A stretch of DNA of 64,000 nt from Nitrosopumilus sp. Lineage in GTDB: Archaea > Thermoproteota > Nitrososphaeria > Nitrososphaerales > Nitrosopumilaceae. Positions 19,974 through 29,188 of the stretch are shown in pieces. Location of the stretch: NCBI GenBank assembly GCA_965238275.1, contig OZ250186.1:768001-832000 (forward strand). The letters are read 5' to 3'. The notes under the pieces are model-generated. The model was not told the origin of the DNA. It saw nothing but the letters and a program-made list of their open reading frames with translations, and did no database searches. Position 1 is the first letter of the stretch, and every line of letters starts with the position of its first letter. The translations under genes were made by a program, and so were the position numbers.

Positions 19974-21455
19974 GAAGCCATGCGTAATCCCTCCATTTCG
20001 TTGGGTTAAACCAGAAAAACCCAGAAAATATTAAAAATTCTGATTTAATTCCCGTCATGTCAAGCGTGTGGAAACCCGTCCTGCCAGAAATACAAAATAA
20101 CGTGCGCAACCTTGCAGCACCACGATGTGCACGGAATTAATTGTTTGAAACGGCGCTGCCGGGGACGTTTGCCTCTTCCCAGTTTATTACCGGCCCCAGC
20201 GTGCTACCTGAAGGAGGTCCTTTCTTCATCTGGTTCCACAGGAGGTCCAGGTTTACGAGTCCGGTTATTATGTTAAATTCCCTGTTAAAGTCGCCAATCT
20301 TTCCTTTGTATGGCGCGGTAAGCCGGCCGTACCGCTTCAGCCTGCCGATGGAGTGCTCCACCTTTACCCTGGCCGAGTTGACGGCGTGGTTGTGCTCCTT
20401 TTCCTCCTTTGTAAAGCGCTTGTGGTTCTTGGTCTTCTTGTGCGGCTGCAGGGTGTTTGTGCCGGGCAGATCCTTTGCGATTCCCTTGTAGCCGCGGTCA
20501 GTAAGGGTGTGGATCCTGTCCTCTTCGGGGGTGTCCTCGTCGCACATCCTGTCCCACCATCTTCCAAATGGCAGCGGGCTCTCCCTGAGCAGCGTGATGT
20601 CGTGGACGGATCCCACGGTGCTGCCGGATATGGCGACTATCACCCCGTTTTCATTTATGCACACGGTGGTGTTGAGCGTGAATTTCTTCTTCTTGCCAGA
20701 ATACATCATGCTCCTCATCTGTTTTTCGTCTGGCCGCTGCAGCGGACAGTGCGTGCCGTCGATCATCATGATGCCCCCGTCAGGCCCGGAAATTATTTTT
20801 TTGAGATCCTCTTTTGTCTCCGTGCCTGCTATCTCCTTTGAGATGTTGGTAGCGGTGGGCAGCACCGCCTCAAGCACCTCGTCTAGCACATCGATATACC
20901 GGGACACGGTCGCCTGGTCTATTCCAAAGAATGCCGCAAGCACGCCCTGCGTGGGGTTGCCCTTTTTGTACATCAGCGCCATGAGCAGCGCGTGCCTTGG
21001 GTACAGCTTGCAGCGGTTCCCGGGATCCGACGCCCTCGTCTCGTCACTCCTGAAGAGCGGGGATTTGCCGCTTTGCCTTATCCACGCCTCGGCCCTGTCA
21101 AGCATGTATTGGAACTGTTCCCTGCGCTTCAGCGTCGCGTCATGAAGATTTTTCCCGACTCTGATGATCTCATCAAGGACCTCCACGCGATGCAGCAGGG
21201 CGGGCTCTCCTGCGGCTCCGGACTCGGAGCCGTCCCGTGTGCGCCACAGGCTTTGCTCGTGCCTGGCAGCTGCGTCCTGGCGCTTGATCATGTCTCTGAG
21301 AGCCTTGTTCTCTTTTTGCAGGTCACTTGTTTTCTGATTCGACAACAGTATGAACCGGCATATTTTGGTTTTAATTGAATGGATCATAAATTTTTGACAG
21401 CAGGGCTAACATGTCAACGCGGAGTTTGAAAAAGTTCTGGATTACGCATATTTTC
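19974..21455 (-). mobile_element. IS5-family (ISL2/Harbinger-like) insertion sequence, copy 1
   Basis: Imperfect TIRs GAAGCCATGCGTAATCC / GGATTACGCATATTTTC; TA duplication at 19972-73 and 21456-57. Confidence 0.9.
20137..21387 (-). CDS. DDE transposase (HTH_Tnp_4 + DDE_Tnp_4 type), intact
   Basis: FGIDQATVSR HTH; IDGT, YSGKKK, HD, DRGY, R..VEHSIGRLK. Confidence 0.92.
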   Translation of the reverse strand: MIHSIKTKICRFILLSNQKTSDLQKENKALRDMIKRQDAAARHEQSLWRTRDGSESGAAGEPALLHRVEVLDEIIRVGKNLHDATLKRREQFQYMLDRAEAWIRQSGKSPLFRSDETRASDPGNRCKLYPRHALLMALMYKKGNPTQGVLAAFFGIDQATVSRYIDVLDEVLEAVLPTATNISKEIAGTETKEDLKKIISGPDGGIMMIDGTHCPLQRPDEKQMRSMMYSGKKKKFTLNTTVCINENGVIVAISGSTVGSVHDITLLRESPLPFGRWWDRMCDEDTPEEDRIHTLTDRGYKGIAKDLPGTNTLQPHKKTKNHKRFTKEEKEHNHAVNSARVKVEHSIGRLKRYGRLTAPYKGKIGDFNREFNIITGLVNLDLLWNQMKKGPPSGSTLGPVINWEEANVPGSAVSNN

Positions 21456-21768
21456 TATTGATTCGTGGAAAGATTTCCTTGAAGTCAGGCCACGTTCCAG
21501 TCCAAGGCGGATCGACTCGTTTGTCACGCGGCGGAATTCCTCAAAATAATCCGCCAGCTCCTCATTTTTGTCATGGAACTGCCAGACTGATTTTGTCACT
21601 TTTACGATTATTATTGCGTTTGTTTTTATTTAAATGCTCAAGTTCCGCCATTTTTGCTAAAAAACACAAAACAGATCACGACGGTTAACAGCCATCGGCA
21701 GATCTCGATAAGTTAACAGAACCGCTGTTCATAATCAATTTATACATAGTGCCTGCCATCACCCCTTG

Positions 21769-22345
21769 ATGTTTACCGGGATAGTCGAGGGCACAGGCAG
21801 GGTCATGGACATTACCCGCTCTGACCGGAGAAGCGCCATGAGGGTTACTGTGGATCTGGGAGTCTGAGGGACTGCAGACCGGGCAAAGCGTCGCCCTGAA
21901 CGGCGTCTGTCTTACTGCAACCAATCTGTCTGGCTCCGAGTGCGTCTTTGAGATGATTGAGGAGACTGTAACCAGGACGGACCTTGGCAATCTGAATGTG
22001 GGCGGGGTGGTAAACATAGAACGGAGCCTCAGGGTGGGCGACAGGCTTGAGGGGCACTTTGTACTGGGCCATGTAGACGGGGTCGGAACCATCCTGGAGA
22101 TCCAGAAGAAACCCGACGAGGTCAGCGTGTCCTTTGAGGTTCCAGAGGACCTCTCAAGGTATATAGTACAGAAGGGCTCTGTTGCCATAGACGGCATCAG
22201 CCTGACTGTAGTTGATGTCAGGGATAACGTGGTATCCGTATCGCTTATCCCCCACACAGTCGATGTTACAAACTTTCACACCAGAAAGCCTGGCGACAGG
22301 GTCAACATCGAGACTGACATCCTTGGAAAATATATCCTAAAGTAG
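21769..22345 (+). pseudogene. ribE: Riboflavin synthase (bacterial alpha-chain type), frameshifted near 21860
   Basis: MFTGIVEG start, SVALNGVCLT, GHFVLGHVDG, KGSVAIDGISLT; span of 577 bp is not a multiple of 3. Confidence 0.85.
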
Positions 22346-22418
22346 GGAGGATTACCATTTTAGTGGTAACTACCAGTTTTTTAGTAACCTTTATAATCAA
22401 ATTGCGGAAAGTTGTACC

Positions 22419-23087
22419 ATGTCCCTTGAATCGGCACTGGAGTCGCTACGGCACGGAGAGTTTGTACTGCTTTATGACTCTGCAGGCAGGGAGAACGAGA
22501 TTGACATGGTCGTTGCAGCCGAGTTTGTAACCCCGGAGCATGTTGCACGGATGAGGGTGAATGCCGGAGGACTGCTGTGCGTGGCAGTGGATTACGGCCT
22601 TGCAGACTCGCTTGGGCTTCGATACATGCACGAGATGCTTGCAGAATCCGTACCTGACCGGGAGATGATCATGGGCCTTGCGCCGTACGGGGATCACCCC
22701 ACATTCTCGCTGTCAGTGAACCACTACCGAACCTACACGGGTATCACGGACCGGGATCGTTCCCAGACGATACGTGAAATGTCTGCCATATACCATGTAG
22801 AGAACAGGCAGAAGAAGTTTGTATCATCCTTCAAGACCCCCGGACACGTCCCATTGCTGATTGCCTCAAAGGGACTGCTTGCCGCACGTCAGGGTCACAC
22901 GGAGATGTCCGTGTATCTTGCACGTGCTGCAGGACTGACCCCGGTAACTGCGATCTGTGAGATGATGGATGCCCAGACGTATGCCGCGCTCTCGGTGGAC
23001 AAGGCTGCCGTGTTTGCAAAGCAGAACGGAATTCCGCTGATCGATGGAAAGGAACTTTTAGAGTATGCCCGGGTGAATCGGTATTGA
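22419..23087 (+). CDS. ribB: 3,4-dihydroxy-2-butanone-4-phosphate synthase
   Basis: D..GRENE.D, TGITD.DR, PGHV, RQGHTE, CEM. Confidence 0.95.
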   Translation: MSLESALESLRHGEFVLLYDSAGRENEIDMVVAAEFVTPEHVARMRVNAGGLLCVAVDYGLADSLGLRYMHEMLAESVPDREMIMGLAPYGDHPTFSLSVNHYRTYTGITDRDRSQTIREMSAIYHVENRQKKFVSSFKTPGHVPLLIASKGLLAARQGHTEMSVYLARAAGLTPVTAICEMMDAQTYAALSVDKAAVFAKQNGIPLIDGKELLEYARVNRY

Positions 23088-23500
23088 ATATTGGAATTGT
23101 GGCATCGGAGTTCAATGATGCAGTTACACTAAGGATGCTTGCAGTGGCACGGGAGAAGGCAGACTCGATGAACCTGAAGATAACCCACACGTGCATGGTT
23201 CCCGGCGCATACGACATGCCTGTTGTCGTTGACGCGCTGCTGGAGCGGGATGACGTGGACGGGGTGGTCACCCTGGGTGCCGTGATAAAGGGACAGACAA
23301 AGCACGACGAGGTGATATTGCACTCTGCTGCACGGGCGCTTACCGATCTGTCCTTGAGGCACCGGAAGCCAGTATCCCTTGGAATCTCAGGCCCCGGAAT
23401 GCAGGCACGACACGCGCATGCCAGAATACGGCCGGTTGCAGAACGTGCAGTCGAGGCGGTACTGAAGATATACCAGGAGTTGCAGAGAATTCAGAGATGA
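23084..23500 (+). CDS. ribH: 6,7-dimethyl-8-ribityllumazine synthase
   Basis: IGIVASEFN, VPGAYDMP, LGAVIKGQT.H. Confidence 0.95.
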   Translation: MNIGIVASEFNDAVTLRMLAVAREKADSMNLKITHTCMVPGAYDMPVVVDALLERDDVDGVVTLGAVIKGQTKHDEVILHSAARALTDLSLRHRKPVSLGISGPGMQARHAHARIRPVAERAVEAVLKIYQELQRIQR

Positions 23501-24246
23501 TCCAGCTCAGCATCCTCAAGATCAGCGGGTACGGTCCGTGGACACTGACGCTGGGAAGTGACAGGGAACACGAACTGCAGATGCTGCAGGCCTCCATGTA
23601 CGGCAAGATTCAAAGGCTTTTTTCTGAGAGGAACTGCCTGGTGTTTCACAACCGGGCCGACGAGTTCTTTGCAGTCTCAAACGGGCTCTTGCTGGAGGAC
23701 CACATAGGGATTCAAAAGTCCCTTGAGGAGTCCTTTGACGTGCGTCTGACAATGTCGATAGGATCCGGGGAGTCGCCGTTCCAGGCAAACCTGAAGGCAC
23801 ACAGGGCAAGGGTGGACGGCATAGAACTGGATCAAAGGCATCGCATCTTCGGGTCAGTTGATGACGGGGCCAGAAGCGTCTCGATCATGCATCTGGATGT
23901 GGACAATCTTACCACCCGCAGCCGTACCGACTCGCCGTATGAGATCACCTCTGCCGTGTTCGGTCTGTACTCCAAGATGTCCGGATTCTTTTTGGAGCGG
24001 GACTCGCTTGCATTCTTTCTGGGAGGCGACAACTTTATGGTGGTGGCAAGCGATGCGGCCAAGGACTCGGCGAGGCGGTTCATCCGGATGGTGCGCGATG
24101 ATGACGGAATCTCCATTAACTGCGGAATCGGCAACGGACGGACAGGAAGAGAGGCTGCAGGGCTGGCTACGGGATCGCTTGACATGATACGAAAGATCCG
24201 GGATTCCGGGGAAGGCAGCCCCGAGGTTTACGAGATGTCATGCTGA
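23497..24246 (+). CDS. gch3: GTP cyclohydrolase III
   Basis: YGPWT.TLG.DRE..LQ.LQ and F.GGDNF motifs. Confidence 0.92.
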   Translation: MIQLSILKISGYGPWTLTLGSDREHELQMLQASMYGKIQRLFSERNCLVFHNRADEFFAVSNGLLLEDHIGIQKSLEESFDVRLTMSIGSGESPFQANLKAHRARVDGIELDQRHRIFGSVDDGARSVSIMHLDVDNLTTRSRTDSPYEITSAVFGLYSKMSGFFLERDSLAFFLGGDNFMVVASDAAKDSARRFIRMVRDDDGISINCGIGNGRTGREAAGLATGSLDMIRKIRDSGEGSPEVYEMSC

Positions 24247-25430
24247 TTAGGAATGTTGCGGCCCTGCTGGGACCTGATCTTGAGTATGCCCCGGACACAT
24301 GCATACGGATACGGAACGGGCGTTTTGGAGGGATGGGACCCGGGCTAAGGCCGCACGGTACGGAGAGGTCAGTTGACGGCAGCGGGCTGCTGATGATCCC
24401 GGGGTTTGTCAACGCCCATACGCATATCGGGGATTCTGTAGGTAAGGACGTTACCCTGGACGGCTCAGTCGACCAGAGGATTCATCCCATGCATGGCGTA
24501 AAGTCAAAAATTCTCAGGAACACGCCTCCTGGCATACTGTCAGGATTCATGGCAGGCACGTGCAGCTCGATGCTCAGACGGGGAATTACCACGTTTGTCG
24601 ATTTTCGGGAGGGCGGCCTGGACGGCATAGCACTGATCAGAGGGGCCCTGCGGAAAACTCCAATCAGGGCAGTCATCTTGGGCAGAGTCGAGTTTTATCA
24701 AGACGCGCACGATGTGGCAGGCAACGTGCCCCTTCCGGACTCAAGGGTACGGGAGCTTGCCATGCTGGCTGACAAATGCGACGGGCTCGGTATCAGCGGC
24801 GCAAACGAGAACAGCACGTCGGTGCTCAAGAGATACTCCCGGACTGCCCGGCTCAGGGCGATCCACTCCTCTGAGACCAGGCAGAGCGTGCGTGTGTCCG
24901 AGGAGGTTACAGGGATTGCAGAGACTGCCAGGGCACTGGATCTCAAGCCGCACTTTCTGGTGCATATGACCCATGCCTCGCGTAGCGATCTGAAAGAGGC
25001 CGCAAAAAGGATCCGGGGGATCGTCATATGTCCCAGGGCAAACTCTGCGCTGGCAGAGGGGATTCCGGATATTGGGATGATGCAGGAGGCAGGATGCACA
25101 CTGGCACTGGGCACTGACAACGTGATGATAAACCCGCCTGACATGTTCCGGGAGATGGACTTTCTTTGGAAGGCGACCATGGGGGTGCACCAAAGGAGGG
25201 TAGATCCCCGGGAGATTCTCAAGATGGCAACGGTAAACGGCGGGAGGATACTGGGCATGGATGTGGGCGTGATTGCAGAGGGAATGATGGCCGACTGCAT
25301 CCTACTTGACACACACGTGATTGATCTGGAGCCCATGCACAACCCGCACGCCTCGGTGGTGCACAGGGCGTCTGAGTCTGCCATAAGGGGGGTCATGATC
25401 GGGGGGAGGACGGTTCATGGCAGCATCTAG
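24240..25430 (+). CDS. Metal-dependent amidohydrolase/deaminase in the riboflavin operon
   Basis: PGFVNAHTHIGD, IHSSE, LVHMT, CPRAN, LGTDN. Confidence 0.85.
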   Translation: MLIRNVAALLGPDLEYAPDTCIRIRNGRFGGMGPGLRPHGTERSVDGSGLLMIPGFVNAHTHIGDSVGKDVTLDGSVDQRIHPMHGVKSKILRNTPPGILSGFMAGTCSSMLRRGITTFVDFREGGLDGIALIRGALRKTPIRAVILGRVEFYQDAHDVAGNVPLPDSRVRELAMLADKCDGLGISGANENSTSVLKRYSRTARLRAIHSSETRQSVRVSEEVTGIAETARALDLKPHFLVHMTHASRSDLKEAAKRIRGIVICPRANSALAEGIPDIGMMQEAGCTLALGTDNVMINPPDMFREMDFLWKATMGVHQRRVDPREILKMATVNGGRILGMDVGVIAEGMMADCILLDTHVIDLEPMHNPHASVVHRASESAIRGVMIGGRTVHGSI

Positions 25431-26082
25431 GCCGCACGTGATTCTAAGTGCGGCAGTCTCTGTGGATGGAAGGATTGCCACTAGGACAGGCGATTCTGAG
25501 CTGTCATCGGGAGATGACACTGCAAGACTGCACAGACTGAGGGGCAGGGTGGATGCAATCCTTGTAGGAAAGAATACCGTACTGCGAGATGATCCGATGC
25601 TGACTGTGCGGCATGCGCGTGGGAAGAGCCCTGTCCGGATAATTTTGGACTCTGACGGGGCGATATCTTGGAACTATCGGGTTGTAAAGACTGCAGGTGA
25701 CGTACCTACCATACTGGCAGTATCTGAGAGGGTGGATGCCAGGCGCCTTGAGGATCTCAGGTCGCGCACGGACGTGATCGTTGCAGGACGGGACTCTGTG
25801 GATGTCAGGCTTCTGCTGGAACTGCTTGCAGTCAGAGGAATCAAGACGGTGCTTGTGGAGGGGGGCGGAACCATAAACTGGGAGTTTGTCCGGCTTGGCC
25901 TGTTTGATGAGATGATAGTGACTGTTTCCCCGTATCTGATAGGGGGTAGTGATGCCGTATCCCTTGTGATGGGGGGCGGGTTTGCCATGGTTGCAGACTC
26001 GCCGGAACTGCATCTCAAATCCGCAAGGAGGCTCGGGGATCATATCGTCCTGCACTATATCCGGAAAGAACATGGGAAGTAA
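25417..26082 (+). CDS. arfC: 2,5-diamino-6-ribosylamino-4(3H)-pyrimidinone 5'-phosphate reductase (RibD C-terminal type)
   Basis: A.SVDGRIA, DAILVG..TV..DDP.LT, VEGGG. Confidence 0.88.
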   Translation: MAASRPHVILSAAVSVDGRIATRTGDSELSSGDDTARLHRLRGRVDAILVGKNTVLRDDPMLTVRHARGKSPVRIILDSDGAISWNYRVVKTAGDVPTILAVSERVDARRLEDLRSRTDVIVAGRDSVDVRLLLELLAVRGIKTVLVEGGGTINWEFVRLGLFDEMIVTVSPYLIGGSDAVSLVMGGGFAMVADSPELHLKSARRLGDHIVLHYIRKEHGK

Positions 26083-26342
26083 TCGGACCGACTCGTCTTT
26101 GCTGGTGGTCCGGGGCCTGCATCATTCATAGGACTTGAAGGCATTCCCGATTCCCCAGCGGGCTCTGTACCACCTGCCGGTTCATCCGGTTCGCTTTGCA
26201 GATCACGGTTTAGGACGGTGGTGGCAAATGTGAAATCTGGCAGACCCTTTGTTGTCCTCGGTACATTTTGTTTTTTATTCATTACATACAAAATAACAAG
26301 ACACCAAGAATTTTTATTATACACCGTTAACCAAGGACACCG

Positions 26343-27009
26343 ATGGAGCACAAACATAAAATCACAATACTGATTGCATTGCAAATATCTCTAATAGTTG
26401 CAAGCTCTATAATTATTGTATATTCTGAATCACAGATAAACCTTACCGGAAACACTAAATATTGCAGGAAAAAACAGAGTACTGACCAGCCATGTGCAAA
26501 TTGAACTAAACCACCTATTGCTTTATGATTCACCGCACGATGCCCACGTCTTTGAGGCTCTTGAGGAACTGGAGAATAATATACTATTTTTAAAGCACGG
26601 CGGCCAGTTGTCTGGAATAGGGATATCCCCGCTTGCACCGCGCTTTGACAGTGATTGGAACGAGATCTGGAAAACTTTTGAGGTGTACAAGACCGAGATA
26701 TTCTATTTGGTAGACAAGAAAGACATTTTGTCAAAAAACATTCTAGATGTAGAGCATACAAGCGACGCATTGGAACATCTGTCTAGTGTGCTCACAGACA
26801 AGCTGGGCAAAGATGTCGAGGAGTTGTCATCCCGTCTGATATTACTGCAGCTAATTCTTGGTCTCATTAATGTTGCAGCGCATATCTTTATGATCTCTTT
26901 GATATGGCGAATCTTTAACCGCCATACTGAACAAAAAATAAAGATAGAAAAGTTTGCCATACTGGGAGAATTTGCTGCAATGATAGCACACGACATGAGA
27001 AACCCATTA
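26343..27009 (+). pseudogene. Membrane sensor histidine kinase with PilJ/NarX-like sensor motif; frameshifted and truncated by an IS
   Basis: TM1, then NIAGKNRVL in a shifted frame, TM2, H-box GEFAAMIAHDMRNPL cut at 27009. Confidence 0.75.
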
Positions 27010-28561
27010 GAAGATATGCGTAATCCACCCATTTTGCCAACCCGGCCATAAAAAACCGGAAAAATACGGCCTAAAACTAGTCGTGTCTGGTATGTGGCAA
27101 GTCCGTTCACCCCAAAATCCAAAACAACATGCGTAGCCTTGCAGCACTTCATCGTGCCCTGAATTCTACTTGACCGGAGCTTCGGAGCAGGCCCTGTCCC
27201 AGTCGACTGACGTCTTCCACTGCCCTGGCGGTGGCGGACCCTTTTCCATAAAGTCCCACAAAAGGTTCAGGTTTACTAGCCCTGTGATCACGTTGAACTC
27301 CCTGTTGAACCCGGCTGCGTTGCCGTCGTACGGGTCGGTAAGACGCGCGTAGCAAACGCGCGTAGCGCTTGAGCCTGCCTATCGTGCTTGAGCCTGCCTA
27401 TCGTGTGCTCCACCAACACCCGGGTGGAGTTGATCCTGCTGTTATGCTTTTTTTGCTCCGGCGTCAGCGGCGTGTCCCTGGTCTTCTTGTACGGGATCTC
27501 CGGCGTGGTGCCGGGTAGGTGGTCTGCGATTCCCTGGTAGCCGCGGTCGACGAAGGGGTGGCACCTGTCTGATTCTGGCAGGTCCGGATCGTGCATCGCC
27601 TTCTCCCACTTTCCAAACGGCATGGGGCGTTCCTTGAGTAGCGTGATGTCGCCGACTGACCCGACGGTGTTTTTTGATATGCCGATCACCACCCCGTCCC
27701 GGTTGGTGTACACGTTGGTATTGTTAGTGAACTTTTTCTTCTTGCCGGAGTATTTCATGCGCCGGACTGACTTTACAGACGGGCGCTGTATGGGGCAGTG
27801 CGTGCCGTCTATGAATATCTCGCCACCGTCGGGTCCGGGCACGATCTTCTTGAAATCCTCCTTGGTCGGGGCAGCAGCTACCTCCTCGGATATGTTGTCT
27901 GCCGTCGGAAGTATTCCTGTCAGCATCGCGTCCATCACCGGAAGGTACCGGGACACGGTGGATTGGTCTATCCCGAAGAACGCGGCAAGCGTTCCCTGCG
28001 TGATGTTTTCCTTTTTGTGCATCAGCGCCATGAGCAGCGCGTGTCTCAGGTACAGCTTGCACCGGTTTCCGGGATCGGATGTCCTGGATGCGTTATCACA
28101 GAACAGCGGCATCTGGCCCGAATGCGTCAGAAACACCTTGGCCCGCTCCAGCAGGTACCGGAACTGTTCCCCGTCTGCCAGCGTGGCATGGCGGAGCTTG
28201 TCCCCGTCGCGTATTATGTCGTCTAGCACCTCTAGCAGGTGCAGCGCGGGCCCCTTGCCGGGGTTCCAGCCATCGTCCCTGCTCTTCCACAGGCCGCGCT
28301 CAAGGCCCAGCTCCCTGTCTTTCTGCTGTATCTTTTTGTCTTTCTGCTTTAGAATATTTTTTAGGCTTTTGTTTTCCTGCTCCAGCTCCCTGTCTTTCTG
28401 CTGTATCTTTTTGTCTTTCTGCTTTAGAATATTTTTTAGTCTTTTGTTTTCCTGCTGCAACTTGTATATGATCTGATCAGGCGAGTCTGGCATTTGATGT
28501 GAGACACGATCGTGCCTGATCTAAATTTATCGATGTGGACAGGGGGATTACGCATATTCTC
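27010..28561 (-). mobile_element. IS5-family (ISL2/Harbinger-like) insertion sequence, copy 2
   Basis: TIRs GAAGATATGCGTAATCC / GGATTACGCATATTCTC, flanked by TA; homologous to copy 1. Confidence 0.88.
27149..28493 (-). pseudogene. DDE transposase, frameshifted by two short duplications at about 27343-27405
   Basis: Homologue of 20137-21387; native tail RLKRYARLTDPY..FNREFNVITGLVN lies in another frame; in-frame 75-bp duplication at the N-terminus; exact 3' end uncertain. Confidence 0.85.
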
Positions 28562-29188
28562 TATTATGTAGAAATTTTAATGGACATATCAGTGGGAGAA
28601 GATGTCGCTGGTTGGTGACGTCTCATCTTGCAATTGGGAGGGGTTTATATCTGACCCTCCTTTTTCATTAATATTATATCTATAATGCGGATTATCAAGA
28701 TTTGCATTGGCCAACGCGCTTCTTTTGGTTCTAGACAAACTGTTAGAACAAAATCCATCACTCTCCCCAGGTTTGGATAGACTTCTATCAGCCATAAATG
28801 CAGTAAATTTTGAAAGAGACGAGTTGTTACAATTTGATCGAGATTATTCTGCCATGCCCAAAACAGCTAATATGATTACAAACCCAGCGAACTTACGGCA
28901 TGGCACAAATTTGAAGCGTATTTAGTAGTAAATACCTCGCCAATAACAGGCACAATCCAAAATAAGGGGAGTCGACAGAGACTACTTCTTCAGATAATGC
29001 AGAGGAGGTAACGTTCCTGTACACAAAACACTACCCCATAACATGGTCTGACGAGGACATGTCCTATGGGAATCATGAACCCCAACCGGTATCTTGAGGA
29101 TCAAGGCGTTCCCGGCATTTCACTCGGTATGCACCGCCGAGCCTCCCCGTCACTATCTAATACGCCAAAACCGATACTTAAGGAGTAG

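Larger units (their letters stand above)
18928..21599 (-). pseudogene. tnpB: TnpB RNA-guided nuclease split by an IS5-like element
   Basis: GIDMN, VLEDL, TSSKCAACG, DRD..A..NI motifs; removing 19974-21457 restores the frame (…SFHESI-IYHELK…). Confidence 0.9.
18921..21723 (-). mobile_element. Non-autonomous IS6-like TIR element carrying tnpB (nested IS5-like insertion)
   Basis: 50-bp TIRs at 18921-18970 and 21674-21723 (47/50 match, start GGTTCTGTTAACTT); 8-bp direct repeat GCTGTTCA at 18913-18920 and 21724-21731. Confidence 0.9.
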
